Part shown: piece after piece, positions 12,637 through 23,635 of the stretch
Position numbering within the stretch: the stretch's first letter is position 1
How the letters are laid out: every line of letters begins with the position of its first letter
NCBI GenBank assembly: GCA_964016885.1
Contig: OZ024745.1
Location: 123,504,001 to 123,568,000 of the forward strand
Origin: Eledone cirrhosa
Lineage: Eukaryota
Reading direction: 5' to 3'
DNA length: 64,000 bases
The notes under the pieces: model-generated
Database searches by the model: none
What the model saw: only the letters and a program-made list of their open reading frames with translations
Told to the model about the DNA's origin: nothing
Made by a program: the position numbers and the translations under genes

Positions 12637-13452
12637 TATTTTTATGTCTATCTCATTAACAAGTAAATATTGACAGGTTATGCCTACCATCTAAGTACAA
12701 TACATTCCATTAGATGGGATTCCATACAATTTACAGGAACAAGCCTAGTTCTTCTGATGGACTGCTGTACAGTTTCTGTCTACCTAATTTCAGTTACAAA
12801 ACAGGGCATATAGAAACACTTGTTCAAGGTGCTGTGCAGTGGCATCAAACCTGGAACCAATTTATTACCATAAACTAAAATTTTTAGCCATATAACTATG
12901 CTTGTGCTCACTGCAAGCCAGTGTGTGCTTGACCTGTTGGAAGCAACAGCCAAATATCCCTCAAACTAAGACAAGAACCCCCCCCCCCCAAAAAAAAACA
13001 AAAAACAAAAAACAAAAACAAAAAAAGAAAAAAAAAAAAAACAGAGTTTGCAGCTCATATCTATTGAAGTTGCATCTTGTACAAGGTCTTTTGGGCGTTT
13101 TGATTTTAGGGCCACTGGTGCTATTGAAAATCAACATGAAATAATGTATTTTGCCAAAGAACACAATGTGTCACTCAGTCCAGAAATTGAACTCACAATC
13201 ATATGATTGAGAGTTCAGCATCCTCACCACTATGTACACTCATTGGTAATAAAAAAAAAAAACTATAAGAGACCACATTGAATAATGTAGTATGAGGAAT
13301 ACAAAAAAAAAAAGCTGCTGTCACCATGACTGGAATGTTAAACAATAACAATTAGCCTAAAGCACTCTCTCACTTTTTTCTTTCTCTCCTTTCCTCTCCC
13401 CCTTCCTCACTCCTTCTTTCTCTTTTTGCCCTTTTCATTTTTCTTTTTATAA

Positions 13453-13790
13453 TAATTGTTTCTACGTTTGGCACAAGGCCAGCAATTATCTCAGTGCATT
13501 ACTGGTACTTTATTTTATCGACCTCGTAAGGATGAAAGGCAAAGTTAACCTTGGCGGGATTTGAACTCAGATCGTAAAGGGCCGTAACTCTATATTGCAA
13601 AGCATGTCGTCCGACCCTCTACCGATACTGCCAATCCACCGCCCTATAATAATAATAATAATTGTTTCTACGTTTGGCACAAGGCCAGCAATTATCTCAG
13701 TGCATTACTGGTACTTTATTTTATCGACCCCGTAAGGATGAAAGGCAAAGTTAACCTCGGCAGGATTTGAACTCAGAATGGGAAGGGCCG
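13453..13790 (-). mobile_element. Two tandem SINE family 1 copies (13453-13643 full; 13660-13790 5' truncated)
   Basis: Near-identical bodies separated by (AAT)n. Confidence 0.9.
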
Positions 13791-15222
13791 ACATGTAGAG
13801 GACAATACAAAGACACAGACAGCGGGGGTTTACAATAAACTCGAGTAAAAGTGCACAATAGCAAGACTAATTTAACAATGAAAGTATAAACATAACAAAA
13901 TAAATATTCCCAAATATTAGGTGAACCATCTAGGGGCAATTCAGGTACCCCACCAATCCTGAACCACCAGACACTTCTAGGGCACCCGGGGAGGGCACCC
14001 CTCTCCTCCTCAAATTCACCAGCCTACAGGCATATGGTCAGAGTAGGCCCACTCACACGGGCCATTATCGCCACATTCATCCACTTTTTTAACAAATTTA
14101 CTGGTGTACAGCACCCTCACCTTCCTTTCCAAGTGAAACTTGAAGTTGATGAGGGATTGTAATAATAATAATAATAATAATGATAATAAAATTATTGTGT
14201 ACAGTGCTCAGGTGCACTACAACTCATCAAAGGTGCATGTATAGTACATAGAATAATGTCAGAAAATTGAAATAATTATACCTGTTCTTTTCTCTCTCTC
14301 ATTTCTTTTTCTTAAAAGGCAAAGTGTATGGAGAAAGATAATGCTTATTATTGAAGCATTGGTATTAAATGTTAACCGTTTTCATTGCTAAATTTCTAAC
14401 AAAAATGCACACTCTATGTTTTTCAATAAAATCTTAGAATAATATGGAACATCTTTTTGTAAAATAGTTATACCCTTTTTTGTTTATAGATATATGAATG
14501 TAGTATTTGAATTATAACATAACATTCTTACATAAATCTATGGTAGAATTGTTTTTAGTTACAAAACTACAGGTAAATACAGTAGAATATAAAATTATTT
14601 AAATTTCATCATATTAAATCTCATATAAAATGAGGTACTAACCAATATGCAGTTAGGATATATAACAGAATTGTAGTATTAGATTTTCAGTTGAACTTGA
14701 ATGCTTATAAAATAGATTTAGAAAACTGCGAAATAAGATAAACACCTACATAAATACACACACAAATCCATAAATACACGCATACATACTATAACGAGGA
14801 AAAGATTCACTAATATAATTAAGCAGAATTTTTCTCACTTGTTTCAGATCAATTGAAATTTTAGATAAATAAGAAATTGAAAAATATATAAATTTGAAAA
14901 TAAAGTATTTGATAAAATTAAATTATATACACAAATTTAGTAATATTTCATTCATGTAAAATAGTAAAGTATGTTACTGTATAATGTAATATTACAGAAT
15001 GCATATTTGGAAAGTGGTTTCAATTGATTGTCCACTGGGAGCTTTCCGTTTCTGATCACTTTCCTAGCTACAATTTCTTGCAACCATTGATTTTTGTTTT
15101 TTGAAGATTGTCTGAATACAGAGAGATATCTCTGTGTGACTGACATATATTGTTAGAAACCTACCTGGTCTTTTTGTTCCATCATCCCTTTGTCAATGTA
15201 CTGACTTTTTCCTGGTTGTTAA

Positions 15223-15607
15223 CTCTTAACATCCTGTATCACATGAAACCACACTAGTAACATATCGCTGAAAAGTACAAAACAGCACTATGACTCCATC
15301 ACATTAAACATTATTAAAGTCTTTATTTTAATTTACTGTGTATTTTTACAATTATAAATATACTTCAAACTAACCTTTTTATACATGTTCTACTAAATCA
15401 TTACACTATGTTAAGACAACAGTGTTGTAGTTTGCTTCAAGCATTGTGGAATAGGAAATACAAATGTAAATAAGTTTAATATTTGAAAGCCCTACAATGC
15501 ATACAAGATTAAAAGTGCTAAGGTAATAGGAGTTATAGAGGAAAGAGTGAGGACAATAGAATTTTACCTTAGCAAATATATTTATCTCAAATATTTTTGG
15601 GTTTAAA
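15223..15607 (-). mobile_element. Truncated copy of TTAA MITE family B
   Basis: ttaa-ctcttaacatcctg terminus; 15420-15607 is the reverse complement of 18550-18930 without the family C insert. Confidence 0.65.
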
Positions 15608-15927
15608 AACCCATTATCAAGAGAAGATCCATGTGCAGGTGTTCAAAGAGCAATCGGAGAAGAGTTGTTTGGCTGGCAGATTTAATTTAAGAATGTTAAG
15701 AGTTTGTATCTAGGAGGGTAGTGTTTTCAGTAAGATGTTATAATGTTATTCCTCATATGGTGAAGTGCTGTTGGTATCTTGTATATGCAAATACTGACAC
15801 ATCTTCAAAAGCTGTTGTCTGGTCATGATATTTGGAACTGGGATTTACCAAAACGTTCATTGATTCTCCAGTAGTTGATTATATTAGACAGCTTCTTAAT
15901 GTCCATTATTATGTTTACTGGTTAAAG

Positions 15928-16295
15928 GGCAGTGTCGGTAGTGGGTCGGACGCCATGCGTTGATGTATAGAGTTACGGCCCTTGCCATTCTGAGTTCAAA
16001 CCCCGCCGAGCTTAACTTTGCCTTTCATCCTTACGGTGGTCGATAAAATAAAGTACCAGTAATGTGCTGGGTAATTGCTGGCCTTGTGCCTAAAGTAGAA
16101 ACAATTATGTTTACTGGTGGATTGGCAGTATCGGTAGAATGCCAGACACCATGCTTTGCAGCATAGAGTTATGGCCCTTTACGTTCTGAGTTTGAATCCC
16201 CCCCGCGAGGTTAGCTTTACTTCTCATCCTTACGAGGTCGATAAAATAAAGTACCAGTAATGCACTGAGGTTAATTGCTGGCCCTGTGCCAATTA
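15928..16295 (+). mobile_element. Two tandem SINE family 1 copies
   Basis: Two A/B-box heads and bodies; junction motif attatgtttactgg recurs at the boundaries. Confidence 0.88.
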
Positions 16296-16537
16296 TCATA
16301 TTTACTGCAAAAAGTGCCCAAATTCATCCAGTTTTTCATCTAATTCTTTTTCCGTTTCTTCTTCTTCTCACTCTCTATCTTTCTATTTCATCTTTTATTT
16401 CTCCTATGATGAAGGACTAGTGTTCAAAACGTTAAGACTCTCTTCCTATTTTTTCAAGTGTTAAACTAATTTATTTCTTTATTGTACAGTGTCATTTGCT
16501 TTGTTATTTCTCTTTACTTTTTACATACATGTATAAG

Positions 16538-16848
16538 GGCACTGGTTTGTTTTTGTCTGTCAAAAGTTTGCGACTCAGCAAGCGGTGAACCCTGCCTACA
16601 GTTCCTCACGTCGTTTACATTCATAAAGTGACTAAAGATTAAAACAAATGTAATATATTTACGGTTAGGGTTAAGAGACGAGCTAAACATACAGAGAATA
16701 AAAAAATTGAATAGAGAAGAAAAATATTGAGTAGCATGGATATTTATCACGAATATGTTCCAATAATTTTTCGAGGATCTATAGGCAAGGTTCACCGCTT
16801 GCTGAGATGCAAACTTTCACTTTTGACAGACAAAAACAAACCAGTGCC
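16538..16848. mobile_element. Merlin-like non-autonomous DNA transposon (MITE)
   Basis: ~75 bp imperfect TIRs GGCACTGGTTTG.../...CAAACCAGTGCC, GG...CC termini, exact 8 bp TSD tgtataag (16530-16537, 16849-16856). Confidence 0.8.
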
Positions 16849-17499
16849 TGTATAAGACCCTAGTCTATCTTATTTTTTTCTACGTCTATGTTCCTTTAAA
16901 TTTGAAGATTTTAATACTGAATGTGAAACTGATATCCATTTGCTTCAAGTATAAAATGTAGAAACTATCATAATAACGTTGTTGAGAGGGGAATATAACT
17001 GAACATTTTGAGAAGACAAATTTCATGTTATAAGAAAATGTCAGCTGATATTCAGCAAGTGTTTATCTTGTTGAAATTGCATATTATCACTAATGTAGTA
17101 ATGAGATTTATATCAATATTCCTATTTAAACGTGGGTGGTATCATGTGAATTGTTAATATAGGGCTCTTGAACAGTTTTGAGTGGTGTTAGATCGTTTGT
17201 AACGAAAGTGTTAAAATGTTCCAATACTAATTATGTGTACCTAGTATCCCTACACATATCCCTACACGTTGCAAGAAGCAACTAAAAATTGTTAGTGTCT
17301 GGAAGAACATCCAGCTGGAAAACATTGCTCCCAAAAAGTCCTGTATAACCCATGCCAACATAGAGAAGTCAACATAAAAATGATGATGATGATAATGACT
17401 AGTTAGAAGCAAGTTGAATTTTGGCTATTGCATTTGCAATAATAACTGAATGTCTAGCCACCTCTCCAAATCACTTATTAAAGACATCAGTTGAAATAT

Positions 17500-17713
17500 T
17501 GGTTTCAGATTTAGGCACACGGCCAACAATTTTGGGGAAGGAAAAGTTGATTAAATCAACTTCAACGCATTACTGGTACTTTATCTTATCGACCCTATGA
17601 TAGGGATGAAAAGTAAAGTTAACCCTGGTAGGATTTGAAGTCAGATCATAAAGGGACGTAACCCTTTGCCATAAAGCATGTTGTCTGACGTTCCACCGAT
17701 ACTACCAATCCAC
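17500..17713 (-). mobile_element. SINE family 1 (older long-tail variant)
   Basis: Family body plus the extra gatttaatcaacttttcc...aaaattg segment. Confidence 0.8.
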
Positions 17714-17846
17714 AATATTGGGTAAAAATCACTGTATTTCGGTGGAAAATGGTTATGTCTGTGGAACAACTGAAAAGGCATGAGAAATAGTAATGATGTC
17801 AGATCTGAAGATGTTGGGTGCCATGGATGAGACAATACTAGATTAA

Positions 17847-19093
17847 CCCTACTCATACCAAACCCACATGAAACTCCCCCTGGTTCTATGATACCAAACT
17901 CTTTCTTTCATAGGGTTTCTTTTCTTCTTCTCTCCACTTATTCTTGAGAGGATTGTGGGGGCAGAGTCCTCAACCACTCCCTCTAGTGGGGCTTGTCAGA
18001 AGCAACTGTCTCCAACTGATCCGGTTGGATCCCCAAGCATGACCAACTAAGCTCATGGTTGTTATCCAACCATCTTGCTCGGGTCTACCCCTGGGTCTCT
18101 TGCCTGTTGGTTTTGCCTGTAAAATCTGTCTAGTAATTCTTTTCTGAGACATTCTATATTGTTTTATAGTGTACATATTTAAATTTAAACCTTTGTTCAT
18201 AATTTTATGTAAGAATAAGTTTGTTCTAAACACCAGTTTAACTTTTAGCATCCTGAATTGTATCAAAACAGAGTAGCAAATAAATATAAACAATTTAATT
18301 GAAGAATTAATAGCTGCTAAGAATATTTTGCTTTTGAAGATGTTTGTGATATATGTATGATAATGTCTGACTAATTATACTGAATTTATTTTTAACATTT
18401 TTCTTTATATCATATATTTTGAGTGTTCCATAAATTAACAACCAACTATAGACAACATTAATTTTAGTATAATTTGACAGCATTGCGTCAAATATTAAAG
18501 TCTTTAGTCTAATACTACATATTTTCACTATGGTTTGCCCGCAATAAACATTTGAATTAACCCAAAAATATTTGAGATAATTAAATTTGCTAAGGTAAAA
18601 TTCTATCATCCTAATTCTTCCTCTATAACTCCTATTACCATAGCACCTTTAATCTTGTATGTATTGTAGGGCTTTTCAACTTATTTAACCCTTTAGCATT
18701 TACATTACTCTATTGTATTTTTGTGGTAAAGGCTTTATCTCACATAATATCGAATCTACGAGATTTGGATGATGTTATTTATTTTGATAAAAATACCTTA
18801 ACATCACTATGAGTGACAGGTTGAACAGAAAGAGGTGAGAGAATTCTGGCCAGATACAGCTGGTTTGAATGTTAAAGTATTAAATTTGTATTTCCTATTC
18901 TACAATGCTTCAAGCAAACTCCAACACAGTTAATAAAACTATTTTTAGGCATCTTCTATTAAATTATTACAGGATGTTAAAAGCTAAAAATGTAAAAGTT
19001 TTATTAGTAAATTCCTAGAAATTCTTGATTATTTTCAAAATTATGTGAAAATCATAGGTAGTGTCTTTCATTTGGAATTTAATAATGAAAGGG
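17847..19093 (+). mobile_element. TTAA MITE family A containing an RTE fragment (~17930-18155), family B (18242-18983) and family C (18689-18879)
   Basis: ttaa-ccct...gaaaggg-ttaa outer ends; family B TIRs cttttagcatcctg / caggatgttaaaag; family C body inside B; RTE fragment encodes RMSQKRITRQILQAKPTGKRPRGRP on the - strand. Confidence 0.7.
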
Positions 19094-19752
19094 TTAAGAC
19101 AAATCCAGAAAGTCTGTACTAATACAGACTAACCGAACTAAGGTTAGCATGTTAAATACCTAATACTAGAATTCGTACAAATGTCTGCATAAGTGAACTT
19201 TTCCATCAAATATCATTATGAAAATATAAAGATGTTGAATAAGCAAATTCTATTCAAATCTTATAAGCATTGTTTCCAAGTACAGTGAAACCTGTAGTGT
19301 CTTTAGAACTTCTATATTGACGATACTACTGGAAACACAAAGTTATTCTTGTGACAAAACTAATATAAAATAAACATTACTTCTTTATTATAAATATTGC
19401 AAATAGCTATTTATGTAAAATATAAAGTAGTTACTTATTTCTCTTGTATCTCACACCATAGTTTTCTATTTTACCAAACTTTGTATTATATTATATTTAA
19501 AATGTAATTGTTCATGTCTTTATTTAACTGCCTTCGACTTATATATATGTGTGTGTATATATACATATATATATATACAGGGTGCGGACGATATTTGTTC
19601 GCAAGATTACTGTCTAGGAAGAAGTAACACAGTAGTTTTATTTTTTATATATATACATATATACATATATAGATACATAGATATACATATATAGATACAT
19701 AGATATACATATATAGATACATAGATATACATATATAGATACATAGATATAC

Positions 19753-19787
<35 letters not shown>

Positions 19788-19832
19788 CATATATACATAC
19801 ATACATATATACATACATATATACATATATAC

Positions 19833-19873
<41 letters not shown>

Positions 19874-19936
19874 TATATACATATATATATATATACATAT
19901 ATATATACATATATTTATACATATAAAAAAATACTA

Positions 19937-20590
19937 GCTCTTTCAATTGCGCAGAGGGTTCTATAGAAATAGTGGACAGTTTCCGTTACCTGGGTGATAA
20001 AATCAGCAGTGGGGGAGGGTGCTCTGAAAGTACAGTAGCTAGAGTCAGAACTGATTGGAAAAAGTTCAGAGAGCTTATACCACTATTAGCTGCTAAAGGG
20101 TTCTCCCTAAAAATGAAAGGCAGGTTGTACGATGCCTGCATACGAACAGCAATGTTGCATGGCAGTGAGACCTGGGCATTGTGTGCAGAGGATATACGCA
20201 GACTAGAGAGGAACGAAGCTTGCATGCTCCGCTGGATGTGTAACAGTAATATACGTGAACGGCAAAGCATAAACGAACTAAGGAAAAAATTAGAAATAAG
20301 AGGGATCAGATGTTGTTTACTCGAGAGAAGGCTACGTTGGTATGGACACGTGATGCGCATGAAAGTCGATAGCTGTATAACAAAGTGCAGGGCAATAAAG
20401 ATAGACGGTAGCCACGGAATAGGCAGACCTAGAAAAACCTGGGACGAGCTGATAAACTCCGACCTCACACACTTACACCCCTCCAAGACAATGTCACTGG
20501 ACCGAGACCTTTGGCGGTACTCAGTAACAGAGAAGACCCGCCTTACCTAAATACATAGTAAAACCTACTACAGCCAGTAGGCATCTAACA
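19937..20590 (+). mobile_element. RTE-clade LINE, 5'-truncated C-terminal fragment
   Basis: ORF 19972-20550: FRYLG...MLHGSETW...RRLRWYGHVMRM...GRPRKTW. Confidence 0.93.
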
Positions 20591-20716
20591 AAATACTATT
20601 ATTTCTGTCTATTTGCAACAGTTTTCAACATTTCTTTGAAAGAACTTGTTGTAAAGGAACCCCCCCCCCCCGAAAATGCTTATGTAATAGTTGCTAAGTA
20701 AAGTGTATTTATTTAA

Positions 20717-20914
20717 CCCTTTAGCCATATCCAGCCAGAATTCTCTTACCTCTTTGTGTTCAAACCGGCTGTAACTAGCCACTCATACTGATGTTAAGGT
20801 AATTGTTCCCAAAATTAATATCAAAATCTCATAGATTTGATATTTTATGAGATATATGAGATAAAGCCTTTACTGTGAAAATACAATAGCATATATAATA
20901 TAAATGCTAAAGGG
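20717..20914 (-). mobile_element. piggyBac-type MITE family C
   Basis: TTAA plus TIRs at both ends. Confidence 0.85.
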
Positions 20915-20919
20915 TTAAA

Positions 20920-21380
20920 AGAGGCCTGGAAATGCTACTGTGAGAGGTTGATGAATGTGGAGAATGAGTGGGAGGAAGAAACACTACCCCAAATAGACTC
21001 AACCTCAATAAACTGTTATGTTAACCCTTTGGAAATAGTTGCTGAGATGCTGTAATCATCTGGGGAAGTGGGAGCTGAGTTAGTCAACCGCATAATCAAT
21101 CAGGTAATACACGATGGGGTCATGCTGGCATAGCAGCATACTCATTAATTGCTACAAGGTAAAAGGTGATGTTATAGGAAGAAGCAACTACAGAGGCATA
21201 AAACTAATGAATCAAGTTATAAAAATGTTATGGGAAAGTGTTAGTAAAACTAATTAGGAAAGTGTCAAATTAGATGAGATGCAGCTTGGTTTCATGCCTG
21301 GAATGAGAATTACAGATGTTCTCTTCTTAGTGAGAGAACTACAAGAGAAGTTCCTAGCTAAGTTTAAGCTGCTATACCTA
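20920..21380 (+). mobile_element. Highly degenerate RTE RT fragment
   Basis: AWKCYCERLMNVENEW...CYK.KGD...NYRGIKL...DEMQLGFMPG...LVRELQEKFL, homologous to 24070-24600. Confidence 0.75.
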
Positions 21381-21520
21381 GATGATTTCATATCATAGCA
21401 TCGGAGGCAGTTTCATGTGGGTTGGTATCAAAACCATTGAAGTGTCCCATATTAAAATGAAACCTTCCAGCATAGTTTTATTTCAGAAACTGTTACGTTA
21501 TGTTCTAAACACCAGTTTAA

Positions 21521-21978
21521 CTTGATCACCACAAAACCACTTGAAACTGCCCCTGGTTCTATGATAGTAATCTATTTATTTTAATGTGTTTATGTTTATC
21601 TAAAACTTTCCAAAATAATCCTATGTAAGAATATTTAAGTTACATTCCAAATACCAGTTTAACCCTTTAGCATTTACATTACTCTATATTTACTATTATA
21701 TTTTCATGGTAAAGTTTTCATCTCACATAATATCGAGCCAACAAGATTTTAATATTACTTATTTTGAGAACAATACCATTAACATCAGTATGATTGGCCA
21801 GTTACAACTAGTTTGAACAGAAAGAGGTTAGAGAATTCTGGCCAGATATGGCTGGTTTAAATGCTAAAGGGTTAATTAGGAGACACTTATATTACTGGAG
21901 TAATATAATTTAATTATTTTCAAAATGAATTGAAAATTATATGCAGTATCTTTCATTAGAAATATAGTACTGAAAAGG
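21521..21978 (+). mobile_element. TTAA MITE family A, inside another family A remnant and containing family C (21663-21871)
   Basis: gaaactgcccctggttctatgat 5' motif and ...gaaaagg-ttaa 3' end; family C bounded by TTAA at 21659-21662 and 21872-21875. Confidence 0.7.
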
Positions 21979-22384
21979 TTAATAAGGAAAAAAAAAGTTA
22001 CTTTACTAAATATTTTCAAATTTCTATTTTTAAAATTCATTGAAACAGGTTGAATTTAAGAAATCTCCTTTACTTTCTCCTTCCTCCAAACGGACAGGTT
22101 GGCCCGAAGAAAGTAAGATGGGTGAAAGCTGAATATTGGCTTTGTTGTATTTATGAAGCTATATTCTTTTATTGAAAAAAACAAAAAAACAAAAAAAACA
22201 GCATCAACAAAAACTTATTAATTAATACTTTGTTTTAATAAAATTTGAATCATTTTGACTAATCTAAAGAAATTGTTTTCTTCAGGAGATGTTTTATTAT
22301 TTATTTTTATTTCTTAGAAAATTATTCTGATAATTGTATATACAATTTCATTATTATCATTATCATTGTTTTTCTTTCCCACAG

Positions 22385-22470
22385 TGAGCTGGCTTATCAG
22401 ATTGGGGAACAGTTTGAAGTGTTTGGCAAACCTATCAATGTTCGCGTCACTGTCATTACTGGAGGCATCA
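22385..22470 (+). CDS. DDX49: Internal exon of a DEAD-box RNA helicase (DDX49/Dbp8-like), motif Ia to GG doublet
   Basis: Pyrimidine tract plus acceptor (tttttctttcccacag|) and donor |gtgagt. Translates (R)ELAYQIGEQFEVFGKPINVRVTVITGGI, matching the DDX49-type PTRELAYQIxEQF...GG segment. 86 nt, ends in phase 1. Confidence 0.85.
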
Positions 22471-23635
22471 GTGAGTTTGATTTCTATTAATATAATTTCA
22501 TATTTAATGAGTGGAAGGCAATATTTACATTTGTTTTATTTTCAACAGTTGAGAGATCTCTTCAGTCATGTCAAGCATATGACAACCTCCTTAGTGCTGG
22601 GTGCTTGGTAAAATATTCCCAGTATATTCTGTGAAGGGGTTGGTGCTAGGAAGGGCAGACAACCATACTAAAAAGAGTTGTGAGTACTATTAATTTACAC
22701 CAGGGATATGTTGGTGCCATGATAAAATGTATCTAGTATACTTTATAAAATGTTTTGCATTGGGATGGGCATCTAACCATAGAAACCATGAAATGAAGCA
22801 TATTAAATGAGGTGTGGTACACCCTTACCCATCTAGGAGGACAATAGCTCTGATTAAATACTAGCCTGGACTGTAACACCCACTCAAATTCATGTCAGAA
22901 TGGAAAGCCAGACTTAAAATGATGATAATGATAAGGATTTAATTTGTAATTATATTGTAATGAGAAATGATCTTCAGTTGAATCTTAATCAATTTATTTT
23001 GAGCTAATACATAGTTTTGCTAGAACATGGGATAAATATTTAAAGATTTGAAGATAAACTTAGATAGTACTACACTTTTTGAATTAGAAGCCTTCACACA
23101 TAGAAAAACACAAAACATTTTCATGCAGTTCATGGATTTTTGTCTCCTCATCATTTGTTGATTCCATGTATGAAGAAATGTTTCTATAGTATTGCTATAT
23201 ATCATGCATCATCATCATCATCATTATCACAGATTAATCTCAATTTTCTATGGTTGTATGAGTTTGATGGGTTGTCATTTTATGAGGTTAGCCAAGTCTT
23301 GCTCATACAGATTTGTTTTTTGGCTTGGCTTTTCTATTCCTGGATGCCCTTCCTAATACCAATAACATTACAATTTGTATAGAGAGCTTTTTTTGGTGGC
23401 ACCACCATTACCCTATTACAGGTGGACTGGGTGCTTTTTTTTGTTGTGTTATCAGTATGACCACCATACAGGGTGGACTGGGTGTTTTTTGTTGTTGTAT
23501 TGACGTGATCACCTTACAGGATGGACTGGGTGCTGTTTTTGTTATAGTACCAGCACTATGGGAGAGCCTGTGTGAAGTTTGTCTAGCATTCCATGCATTC
23601 ATGCATATGTTGGACAGGAAAGGTGTATCATGTAT

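Noticed and set aside
11948-12690. Three long ORFs with 11-aa repeats (LQDTTPLQNTS, CPAMRCFAMGL, SCNEVFCNGVV), mucin- or Cys-rich-looking
   Set aside because: A 33 bp unit keeps several frames open on both strands; no splice signals or codon-position bias. It is a minisatellite.
13794-14110. Possible solo LTR (TGTA...TACA with internal AATAAA)
   Set aside because: No target-site duplication and no second copy or PBS/PPT; left unassigned.
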